Below, in pieces: positions 29,130 through 39,143 of a stretch of DNA of 64,000 bases (position 1 is its first letter; each line of letters starts with the position of its first letter). Location: assembly GCA_002269645.1 (NCBI GenBank), contig NIVC01000513.1, positions 372,001-436,000 on the forward strand, written 5' to 3'. Made by a program: the position numbers and the translations under genes. The notes below the pieces were generated by a model, which worked only from the letters and a program-made list of their open reading frames with translations, had not been told where the DNA came from and ran no database searches. Source of the stretch: Macrostomum lignano. Taxonomy: Eukaryota.

Positions 29130-30168
29130 TATCTTACCAAAGGTGCGTCCCACGCAGTAGGGCGCGCTCCTGGACCGGCCAGGTATGCCTCAGAGTCGGA
29201 CGCATGCGAATTTCGCCCCATTAGCCAATCCTGGTGTAGCGTCTCCGCCTCCAACACCTGTAGATCAGCCCCCCTCGACACCAAAGTATCGAGAACCCGA
29301 TTAAAGGCCTCGACAAAGCTGTCTTGGGGAGGCAAGCCGTCGGGGTGACGAGACCTCAGCCACTCAATATCACTGCGGAAAAATGAGGCCACAATGCGTG
29401 GAAAGCGCTCGCGGACCATGGCGATCTCCTCGGACATATCCAAGTCCTCATCGCCAAAGAGAAGGATCGTAGCGGCTGATGGTATCGAGGCCCGGCTGGA
29501 GGTGGAGGAGGCAGAGTTGGCAGCGGCAGAGGCACCAGAGTTGGCAGAGGAGGCAGCACCAGGGGCGACAGCGGCGGCAGCACCAGGGGCGGTAGCGGCG
29601 GCAGCAGAGGCAGCAGAGGCACCAGAGTCGGCATAGGAGGCAGCACCAGGGGCGGTAGCGGCGGTCGCAGCAGAGGCACCAGAGTCGACAGCACCAGGGG
29701 CGGCAGCGGCAGCAGAGGCACCAGAGTCGGCAGAGGTGGCAGCACCAGGGGAGGTAGCGGCGGTCGCAGCAGAGGCACCAGAGTCGGCAGCACCAGGGGC
29801 GGCAGCGGCAGAGGCAGAGGCGGCAGCGACAGAGGCGGCAGAGGCAGAGGCGGCAGCGACAGAGGCGGCGTTCACACCCCTCCGATAGTCAGCGGCGGGA
29901 GGTCGAAAATCTCAGACTCTGGGTCGCTATCATAGGTATTACCCCACGGGATGTCGAAAATCTCATACTCCGGGTCGCTATCATAGGTAATAGCCCACAA
30001 AGCCCAAGATAAGGCTATATCAGCACCCCAATTTTCAGGATATTCAGGCTCGCCGTTTTCTATGCCTATAGGGATTTTGTGTTCGGGTATATCACCGTCG
30101 AGGGCGGCTAATTCTTCAGATGGGCGGTTGTTATCCCAGAGGGTGGATAGAGCTCGGCGGCGGGACAT
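29130..30168 (-). pseudogene. Unknown-domain gene, copy 1 (Ala-rich linker plus conserved ~110-aa C-terminal domain), 1-bp frameshift at ~29874
   Basis: Closely paralogous to the C-terminal two thirds of ORF 36805..37983 (RERFPRI.ASFF..DI.WLRSRHP...LEAETLHQDWLMGRNS.ASDSEAYLAGPGARPTAW). GGGGTGTGAAC versus GGGGTTGTGAAT shows the missing base. TATA-like element at ~30241. Confidence 0.7.
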
Positions 30169-30281
30169 GTTGGAATCAACAGAGACTATAGTATCAGAGC
30201 TAAAATTAGGTTTGGCTCTCTGGAGAAAGGATAGATTAGTTATATAAGGAGCCCCGCGGGGTAGTGTGAGCCAATAGGAAA

Positions 30282-30901
30282 CTACCAGCGCTGACTCTCG
30301 TCAAACAGATTTTCCCAGGGCGGGGATTGGTAGGGTTTGAGACTCACAACCTGGAGAACGTCCTCGAGATTTTCCTCCTCCTCAGTCCTGGCTACCGGAG
30401 GGGTCTCTGTCTTGGTTCGCTTGGCCGGCAGCGGATCCTCGGGTGCCGACTTGAAGAGCTTGCCCAAACGGGCGGCAAACATCCGGTGCCACAGTTCAGG
30501 CGTGAATTCGATCGTGTAGCGCCAATTAAACTTTGGATCCCGATTGAGCCAATTGCGCCGCAAACGAATCCTCCCCTGTGAAGCCTCGACCGCCTTGAAA
30601 TTGCCCAGCACGACCCGCTTGTCCACGTGAAGACGTGCTGCCACCTCCAGCAGTGGTCGTGGCGGTGGCGCGAATTCGCGCCTGCGCGAAAATGGCGCGA
30701 ATACGCGAATTCTGTGACCAGGTCAGGGCGCGCAGCTTCGAGCTTCTTCCACTCGGCCTCGCTTAAATAGATTGCTGGGAAGCCGTCCTTCCACACTCCG
30801 GCTTCGTTGGTGTAGAGACGACGGATTTCAATTAAGTCATGCTCCGTTTCAAATGTGGGCTTTCGCACCACAAAGTTTTAGTATAGAGCGATAGAAGACA
30901 T
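30282..30901 (-). pseudogene. Tandem PC4-like (ssDNA-binding fold) gene, disrupted
   Basis: LIEIRRLYTNEAGVWKDGFPAIYLSEAEWKKL resembles the PC4 motif LIDIREYW..GE.KPG.KGISL...QW..L. The second half KRVVLGNF...IRLRRNW...IEFTPELW is similar. A 35-bp insertion causes the frameshift. Confidence 0.55.
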
Positions 30902-30929
30902 GATTAGCAGCAGCAGCAGAGAGCTCTCT

Positions 30930-31075
30930 GACAGCCGTGCAGCGCTTTATATACCCCAGATGGAGGGTGGGGAGGGTGTGATTTTAGGGGTGATTTTGGG
31001 TGATTCTGGTTGGTTTTTTGGTGATTTGACCAATAATAGACGAGCTTAGCAGGTTTCTAGTATATATTTAGACCC
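30930..31075. promoter_or_regulatory. Putative bidirectional promoter between the PC4-like gene (-) and PolB exon 1 (+)
   Basis: TATATAAAG on the minus strand at ~30945-30953, TATATATT on the plus strand at ~31060 and CCAAT at ~31030. Position between divergent ATGs is the only functional support. Confidence 0.4.
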
Positions 31076-31100
31076 CCAGAACAGGGGTAGAGAGATAATC

Positions 31101-31158
<58 letters not shown>

Positions 31159-31162
31159 CAAA

Positions 31163-32452
31163 ATGACTAAACGCAGCGCAGCATCGACAGCTTTCCTGGC
31201 TGACAAGAGGCAACGTCTTTATGGTAAGTTTTAATTAATTTCCGACGGTTGTTTATCAGTCTAGACGGGTTTTGAGTTGCTGCAGCAGCGAGCTTCTATG
31301 AATTGGCAAGGGGCAGGAGCATGCAGGAATTCAGAGTGCTGCGACAGGGGGCTTACGAGTTTGAGTAGGGAGGGCGCGCAAACAAAGAGCCAGGCAGGAT
31401 AACAGCTGCGGGCTGGGGTTAAAAAAATTGCAGAGCGTTTCAGCGGGAGAGCTTGCGCGCGAGTGGTTATGCGTGAGCGCAAACAATGAGCCAGACCGAT
31501 AAAAAATGGTGGGCGCTCTGACAGCTTCAGGCGCATGCGGGAATTCAGAGTGCTGCGACAGGGGGCTTACGAGTTTGAGTAGGGAGGGTGCGCAAACAAA
31601 GAGCAGGTCGGATAACGGCTGCGGGCTGGGGTTAAAAAAAATTGCAGACGCGTGTCGGCAGGAGGGCTTGCGTGCAAGGGTTATGTGGGAGCGCAAACAA
31701 AGAGCAGGCTGGATAACAGCTGCGGGCTGGGGTTAAAAAAATTGCAGACGCGTGTCGGCAGGAGGGCCTGAGCGCAAGGGGTTATGCAGGAGCACAAACA
31801 ATGAGCCGGTTGGAGTCTGATCCTGGGGTGCCGCGAATTGACAGATTCTTCTGATTTTTTATTTTCTTGTTTTTTCAGACGCGTTTGTTCCGCCTGCCCA
31901 ACCTGAATCAGTTACCGGACCGGGTAAGTTATCTAGCCCCCATTCCCCAGACAGACCCGGGCTGACTCACACTCCCATTCATTCCCTGCAGGCTTTACGG
32001 CCCGGCTAGATAATCAACGTGACCTGCCCAAGTTTAGGGCAAAGGGCGTCGAGTATGTGGTGCGCATTACTAACACCGAAGATTTGCGGGAGGTGTTTGC
32101 CGACATGCTCGATGTCTTTAAGCAGGATTTGGCGGGGGAAGACTTTATGGCCGCGAAATTCGAGAGCGACAACATGCTCAAAGCGGCCCATACTCCCCCG
32201 GTGCGTGCAGCCCGCATGACAGCAGAGTTGTTGTTTAAGCACATTGACAAGATTGTGCAGTCGGATGCCACTGTATTGACGGGCAACTTTTCTATCCGTC
32301 TGCTAAAGGCCTGGGTGCCTCAGGTTGGCTGTGCCCTCGAGAACAAGCATCTGGAGGAGCGCCATGCCTTCTCCAAGCACTATGTCCACATCACCAACAC
32401 GGATAAGAGGTGCCTGCTGCGAGCTCTAGTTGTGGCCTGCGCCTACCTGCAA
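31163..32452 (+). pseudogene. Maverick/Polinton pPolB N-terminal part, spliced: join(31163..31223,31879..31923,31992..~32452)
   Basis: Two GTAAGT...CAG introns (both phase 1) give an open frame MTKRSAASTAFLADKRQRLY-DAFVPPAQPESVTGP-GFTARLD...HITNTDKRCLLRALVVACAYL. The I.N.D..CL.RA.VVA motif is typical of the N-terminal region of Polinton PolB. Confidence 0.7.
31300..31810. repeat. ~120-bp imperfect tandem repeats in PolB intron 1
   Basis: Recurring gataacagctgcgggctggggttaaaaaaattgcaga and gaattcagagtgctgcgacagggggcttacgag blocks. Confidence 0.8.
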
Positions 32453-32454
32453 TT

Positions 32455-35205
32455 TGTGGCCTCATCAGTCCACTGCCCCAAACTCGAACCGCCGGGAGGC
32501 TCGTACTGGCCGGGAGAGCACCGATACACGACCCTGTGGAGCAGGAGGATATAGTGTTAAGGGGGGAAACAGACAGAGACAGGGGGAAAAATTACTTACG
32601 AATCAGTATCAGCGTAAATGACTCGGGTCCCTAGGCCCTCCAAAGCCTCGTATGGTCGCAGCCGGGCGTGGGAGGTGGTGAAAACGCTAATTAGTACATT
32701 GGCGTACTTAAAGGCCCGCTCGCCAGCACCACCAATTCGGGGCTTGAATTCGAGCATCATGAAGCTCTCCCCGACAGGCTCGCACGACTTGACCTTGATG
32801 GACGGGTCCGTCAGACGCTGCAGCCACGCCTCGTAGCTGTCCACAATCTCCGTGGAGGTCAAGTCGTCGCGCTGGCAGAATTTGCCCCAGAGCCTGCAGT
32901 TTTAGGGAATATGTAGGTATATCTGGCTACTGTAAGTAGAAAAACACGTCCCCCACGGCAAGTAAAAACCCCAACTTACGAGTTTAGAAAAATCTTGGCA
33001 ACAAAGCGCAGGCCAGGATTTTCTTCCACCTTTTCCAGCCGGACACCTTCGCGCTCGAAAAAGCTGGCCATGTAGGCGGCCTTGGCGTCCTCAGTCATCC
33101 CCGGCGAACCGCTAGACTCGGCCTTGAGCTTCAAAAAGGTGTTTACATAGTCTGCAAACAGCCTGCTCCGAGTCTCGGCCCAATAGGCCAGGGCATGAAC
33201 TGACTGCGGCATGTAACCCAACTGCAGGGCCTTGTGGAGCTCTGGGGTCGACCATGTACCGCGGAGCATTCTCTCAGCGTCAGTGTGTGTACACTCGCTG
33301 CTGCACTGGGTCTCCATGCAGACACGGCAGAGGCCGAAAACCAGCTTCTTGCTAATCTTGGCGGGCAGTAGCGGGATGTGGAGATTGGTAGGCGGCAGAA
33401 TCGAGACCTCGGCGATGCCAAAGTACCGGGCCAGCCTCATCCAGTAGATGAGGCTCGGGGTGGTGAACCGAGTGCCCGACAGGGTACTTGTCAAACTTGT
33501 TGACAGTCGGGTAGAGCGACACCTAAAGGGAAAGTGGTGGTAGTTGTAGTAGAATATAGATTTAGTATAGTAAACTGTGCAAGAGAAACTTACCACATCC
33601 CGATAGCACAGCTCCACAGTCTCGGTGGCCTCGGCGTGCGGGACAAAAGCCTCGGTGCGGCCGCTAAATAGGGCCTCCTCCAGGCGAATAGGCGGCTGGA
33701 CTGGCGCTCCCTCGTCCTGGTAGTCGTGCTCCCACAGGACACGTACATTGTAGGCCGTGGAGAGCAGTCGAGTGAAGCGCTCAGTCTCTTCATAAATTGC
33801 CCGCATTGGCTGGTTTTTGAGCGGGTGCAGCACGTCGCCGTTAGGGAAGCACTTGGGACAGCCATTATAGAAGCAGCCGTGGAATTGGAGCACTGTCCTA
33901 GTCTCTGGGTCGAAGTCGTCCACCTTTCGACCCATGGCGAAAGCCTCGCCGCCAGAGTCGGCTGTCCGCAACCGGCCACCAAACTCGGTTGCATTCAAAG
34001 GTGCAAGCCAGCACCGCGCCTTGTACGACTGCACATCTGACCGGCGGGAAATCACCCCAAGAGTGTTGGGCTCCATAAACTTGGTAGTGAAAACAGCCAT
34101 GGCCAAGCCTGCAATGGTGTTAGATTGGACAAATGCGTCCAGTCCGCAAATGTCCTTAATCAGGCGTGCGTATTTTAGACACCCTTCCCGCAAAATTAGA
34201 GTGTCTTGCAGGCAGTAGTCCAAGTATTCCTTGTTGAAATTAAACACTTGACCCTCCTGCTTGGCCAGCCAGTCTGCGATGGAGTCATGCTGCTTGTTTT
34301 TCTTCCCGCCGTACATTTCAATCGAACAGTAAGGCCCTACGTAGTCCTAAATTTGCGGTTGATTAAACACATGCGGGAAATCTCCCTTGGTCAGCTGGGT
34401 GCCCAAACCAAGCGCCTTTGGGAATTGCGCCAGACCAATAGGAATGAAGTTGAGGCTGTCCTTGAATGTTGTGATCTTGTCGCTCTTCATGTACATTAAA
34501 CGGCTATTCTGGAAGATCACTTGGGGCTTCTTCTTGGCCAGTCCGTTGAGTAGGGCTCCGAGCAGGAGGAATGCGTCATACGCGGAGCCATTGTGCGCAA
34601 TAGCAATAGCCCCCTGCTTGAACACACTAGTCAACCAGCAGTAAAAGGCATCGATAGAGTGCGGCCCAACCGAAACAAACTCTCGCATCCCGCAAGCGCA
34701 GTCATTGTGGGAGACACAGCCAGTAAAATCGCGCGCCAAATCGCGTCCCGCAATGCAATTGGCTGAGCTGTGCAACCCCCCGCACGCGCTACAGCAGGGC
34801 CTGGGGAAGAGTTTGGGACACGACTCGCACGAGGTAGCTGCCGTAACCAAGTGTACCCGGTGCTGCTTGTCAGAGTCTACGTACGTCTCAAAATCGTAGT
34901 AAACGTACGGGGCGCTAGATTCTTTGGCTTTGGGCGGGGTGACAAAGCACTCGTGGGTGGCAGTTTCTGCGTACTGCTTACAGACTGGACACTTGGCGTG
35001 ACCGCACTGATGCTCGGGGGCCTAGCCTACTCTTTGCTCTTCCAGATAGCCGCACGTCCCGCAAACGTGAACCGAATCACAGCGCGATCTACCAGCCTTA
35101 TTCTTGCGCTTGTGATTTTCAAGGCACTGAGCATTGTAGCAATTTAGCCCACAATCATTGCCTTCTGAGGCAAAACTGTAGAACGCAAATCGGCAGTCGA
35201 TATAG
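32455..35205 (-). pseudogene. Maverick/Polinton protein-primed DNA polymerase B, exonuclease and polymerase domains, with three introns (32534-32599, 32894-32979, 33523-33593)
   Basis: YYDFETY (ExoI), IAHNGSAYDAF (ExoII), FKDSLNF, FPHVFN, YCLQDTLIL (ExoIII), QFHGCFYNGC insertion; spliced motifs YRDV|VSLYP, KIFLNS|LWGKF and YADTDS|VVY. In-frame stop at 34347 and frameshifts near 33450 and 35020. Confidence 0.93.
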
Positions 35206-36200
35206 GACGCACGAGTGCCTAGCAAGGCCCAGCAGTCGGATTGCTTTCTTCACGTTTGGTCCATCATCAGTGATAACGGAAACAATTGCATCCATTAGAT
35301 GCCAGTCAGATAACACCTATAAAAGTTTAGAGTTTTTGGAGTTTTTTACAATAAACTCCAAATGTACACGTAATCCAAATATACTAAATTCTTTAACTAA
35401 AGGGCCAGCTTTAGAAAAAAGCATTGATGCTTTTACACTATTCTACTCTCCTTATGCTACTCTCATCTTTTAACAACATATTTCTGTGGCTAGCTCAAAA
35501 TTATTCATCGTTGATATTTATCAATATCAGTTTTTTTTTACTTTTTACTTTTTGTTTTCCAAATTTACTCACATTTCTCACAACCTCTGCAATACATTCG
35601 CCTGTTGGTGAACCAGGAACTTGGGAGCAGCAGAGCGTTACCTGCTCCAGCTTTCCAATTGGAGCAATAAAGTGCATAACAAGCCCTATGAACCACAAGC
35701 TGATGTCCAGCCATCTGTGCTAAGGGCGAAAGATGTACTATCTTTTAGCACACTCTCGACTGATTGGCGAACAGAATCGTATAGCTGTGGCACAGCAACC
35801 TTCGCCATGTAGTCGGCGGATAGAATGGAGTAGCGTGGGAAACGCTTTGCCAAGAACCTCGAGAATCCAAGTCGCTCAACCTGACTAAATGGCTCCCTAT
35901 CGAACGCAATAAGCTCTGCCATAAGAAGAGGGTGGGTGGGAAAAGGGGGTATTTTACAAGCCTATTTGAAGTGTACTTTTAGACTGTCTTTAGAAAAAAG
36001 AATTACTGGTCAGACTAGTAGTAGACTTACCAAGATCCCTTGTTAACTCTTTAGCCTTTGGGTCATCTGCTGGGCATTTTGATTGGGGCATAAATGATGC
36101 AGATATAGGCTGTTGCTGCTGCTGTGGTGTAACTGGTGTTCCTTGGGGGGTGGAACTTGAGTTGGCCTTGCCCTTTGGTGTTATTGAGCTAGCAGACAAA
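35205..36200 (-). pseudogene. Spliced hAT/ZBED-type transposase fragment
   Basis: AELIAFDREPFSQVERLGF...FALSTDGWTS, WFIGLVMHFI and, after an intron (acceptor 35317), VLSDWHLMDAIVSVITDDGPNVKKAIRLL. It abuts the PolB fragment. Confidence 0.8.
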
Positions 36201-36480
36201 GCTGGTTATTATTACATTATTAAATTATTACATTAATACATTATTACATTAATACAGTATTACATTATTACATTACATTATTACATTATTACTAATTTAT
36301 TAATTTATTATTAATTTATTATTCAAATTATTTAAATTATTAAATTATTTAAATTAAATTATTAAATTAAATAATTAATTACAATAAAAAAATTTAATTT
36401 TTACAATAAAAAATTAAATTAAATTAAATTTTTTAAATTAAATTATTAAATTATTATTTAAATTATTTCAATTATTAATT
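36200..36480. repeat. AT-rich low-complexity tract
   Basis: attac/attaa iterations. Confidence 0.9.
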
Positions 36481-36640
36481 CCGACCCGAGGGTTCATATC
36501 TGATTGTAGGGAAAGTTTGTCTGTCTGTCTGTCTGTCTGCCTGTCTAAATAATTAATTTCAATTGTCTTAAACAGTAAAATTTTTATTCATCTATATCTA
36601 TCTATATATACAAACTTTCCCTACAATCAGATTTGTAGCC
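36481..36640. mobile_element. Small element with perfect 23-bp inverted repeats flanking a (CTGT)n tract
   Basis: atctgattgtagggaaagtttgt (36498-36520) and its exact reverse complement (36610-36632). Confidence 0.55.
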
Positions 36641-36738
36641 CAGCCCAAACAGTACAGTACACAATACACAGTACAAAGTTGAGTTGAGCTCAAAGTAGCC
36701 GCAGCCGGCCGCTCCGCAGCCGCCTCAGCCGGCGAGGC

Positions 36739-36770
<32 letters not shown>

Positions 36771-36804
36771 CGGCGGCGGGGGCGGATGCGGCCCCCCTCC
36801 TTCA

Positions 36805-37983
36805 TTAATAACAATGTCCATCTGGAAAAGAAATCAGACGTGTGAGTGGAAAAGGACCATTTCTTCGGGCCATCTTTAAAATATAATGATGAATTGCGAC
36901 CCACGCAGTCGGGCGCGCTCCAGGACCGGCCAGGTACGCCTCTGAGTCAGAGGCATTCGAATTGCGCCCCATCAACCAGTCCTGGTGCAGAGTCTCAGCC
37001 TCCAGCACCTCCCGTAGGCCGGCCCGCCTCGAAACCAAAGTATAGAGAACCCTATCAAAGGCTCTGATAAAGGTGTCTTGGGAAAGCAGGCCGCCAGGAT
37101 GCCGAGACCTCAGCCAGTCGATATCCCCGCAGAAAAATGAGGCAAGGATGCGTGGAAAGCGCTCGCGAGCCATGGCAAACTCCCCAGGCACGTCCTCGTC
37201 CTCATCACCAAGGAGGAGGAGCGTAGCGGCAGATGATATAGAGCCCCGGTTGGAGGTAGTCGATGCAGAGGCGGCAGCAGACAGGACATCAGCCGATGCA
37301 GAGGCGTCAGCAGAGGCATTGCTCGAGACGGGGCCGGCTGTGGTCAGCTCCTCAACAGAGACCTCAAAGAGGGCGGCAGAGGCAGCAGTCAAATCGGAGG
37401 CAGCAGCAGGGGCACCATTCACAACCCCTCCAATAGCCAGCAGCGGGAGGTTAGACTTTAGCAGCGGGAAAACTTTAGACTCGGGGTCGCTATCATCGGC
37501 CATAGCCCAAGCTAAATATTGATCAACCTCCCAATTATCAGTTCCGTTGTTTTCAGTGCCTAGGGGAACTATGTGTTCGGGGACGCAGAGGCCATCGTCT
37601 GGACTGCCGCAGGTTGGCATTGCAGCAGTCATAGGGCGGAGACTTGGTGCAGAGTCGAACTGTGGCCTAGCTACAGTGGCGTACTGTTGTAGTCCAGGAT
37701 AAGTCTCGGGCAGATGTCGTCGGTAGCAGTCTTCTTCATACTGCTTGTTGTTGGCTTGCATTAAGTTGGATACTCGTTCAATTTCACGCGCGTTTGCTTG
37801 TTGGTGCGCCTTTTTTGCAACTGGGCACTTATGCGAGTAAGCCAGGTGTGCGCCATTGCAGTTTGCGCACTTTAGGGTATCAGTCTTGGGACATTCAGTA
37901 GATTGATGATCACCGGCGCATTTGTTGCATGTGATGGAATTGGTACTCAACACAACTTTTTTCACTGGATTCTCTACCAACAT
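36805..37983 (-). CDS. 392-aa chimeric ORF: gag/ORF1p-like CCHC zinc knuckles fused to the unknown domain (copy 2)
   Basis: CNKCAGDHQSTEC and KCANCNGAHLAYSHKCP match the zinc-knuckle pair of non-LTR retrotransposon ORF1 proteins. The remainder is paralogous to 29130-30168. Open frame; possible acceptor TGCTGCAG just upstream of the ATG. Confidence 0.65.
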   Translation of the reverse strand: MLVENPVKKVVLSTNSITCNKCAGDHQSTECPKTDTLKCANCNGAHLAYSHKCPVAKKAHQQANAREIERVSNLMQANNKQYEEDCYRRHLPETYPGLQQYATVARPQFDSAPSLRPMTAAMPTCGSPDDGLCVPEHIVPLGTENNGTDNWEVDQYLAWAMADDSDPESKVFPLLKSNLPLLAIGGVVNGAPAAASDLTAASAALFEVSVEELTTAGPVSSNASADASASADVLSAAASASTTSNRGSISSAATLLLLGDEDEDVPGEFAMARERFPRILASFFCGDIDWLRSRHPGGLLSQDTFIRAFDRVLYTLVSRRAGLREVLEAETLHQDWLMGRNSNASDSEAYLAGPGARPTAWVAIHHYILKMARRNGPFPLTRLISFPDGHCY

Positions 37984-38385
37984 ATGTCCTGCAGCAACAG
38001 AGTTGACTTTTAGTAAAGACGTTTTTTAGAAAATCAAAACAGATTAAGGAAGTAAAACAGAAAGACATTTATGAGTTAAGAAAGAATTTTTGAGAGCTCA
38101 TTCTACAAATTGCAAAAATTACAGTGAATTTGAAGAGAAGGAAGAGGATACTTTTCTTACAGCTTGCCTATTAATTTTATTATTCATTTTTAAAAACTAT
38201 ATATTTATTAATGGTTGCACAGCTGATAGGATATTTATTAACTATTACAAGATTATAAAAAATGATAGAAAAAAACAGACATCAGAAAACAGAAAAAAAT
38301 CTCAGAATTGTCTAACGCGTTCGAATTTTTTAACAACATACAGAGCCAGCCTAGCGTTCCTTTGAGCCAGCAGCTAGATTTTCTG

Positions 38386-38471
38386 ACGCTGTTAGAAATT
38401 TCTATGTGAAAATTTGGTGTGCCCAAGCTTATCTTGCGGGAAACTTTTCACATAGAAATTTCTAACAGCGT
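38386..38471. other. Perfect 27-bp inverted repeat with 32-nt loop
   Basis: acgctgttagaaatttctatgtgaaaa (38386-38412) and its exact reverse complement (38445-38471); related tctaacgcgtt motifs at ~38311 and ~38582. Confidence 0.85.
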
Positions 38472-38623
38472 TAAAATTCAAAACCCACCGATTGAGTTGC
38501 ACGCAGCACTGAGAAAATTGCTACCCTCCTCTACTTAACCAATCGGTTGCCTCCAGTTAGTAGTTGAATCTTGTTTAAAATTCTAACGCGTTAGAAAAAT
38601 TCTACATGAACTAAATTCTAAAA

Positions 38624-39065
38624 TTACACAGTTTTCCACGCAGGATCACGGGCTAAAATTTCTTCTAGAAACTTCATCTTAGAGTTTAATTCCCTAATTG
38701 GCATCGAAACCTGTCTCAAGCCTGGGTAGGTAACAGACAGTTTGTACAGACGAATGTAAAAATAGCCAGTTGATCGCTGGATGTTTACATTTTTGCACAA
38801 CTGGGCGAACCGTACTTTAACATCTTGTCCAAAGTTCTTTTTCTCTTCGGTGCGATAAGTTGTAAGCAGCCGCCCAACTTCGAGAATCCAATGTAGACCT
38901 CCAATTTGAGTCTTGTATTTTGCTATAGCCGCCTTCACCTTCGTGATGATGTTCTGCTCGCCAGATGGAAGCTGGTGATCAGCTGATCAGTTAGTGTTAC
39001 GCAAGATGCGTACAGCTTCTCCCTGAATATCTGCAGATCCGCCGTCTTCTTCTCTTCGCTACTCA
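38624..39065 (-). pseudogene. Unidentified coding remnant (104-aa ORF, extended upstream through a frameshift)
   Basis: Protein-like text FAQLCKNVNIQRSTGYFYIRLYKLSVTYPGL. An upstream frame reads SEEKKTADLQIFREKLYASCVTLTDQLITSFHLA. Confidence 0.45.
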
Positions 39066-39143
39066 CATTTGCGCTTCATTCGCTGCGGCGATATTATCTG
39101 GGGCCATGGCGAAAAACTCGATTGGTAGATCGCCAGTTTCTAG

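Noticed and set aside
32976-34316. Treating the 446-aa ORF as one continuous PolB exon
   Set aside because: It reads through the motif A intron and a compensating frameshift, giving non-PolB residues (FSCTVYY...TTPSLIYWM); the spliced model restores DVVSLYP.
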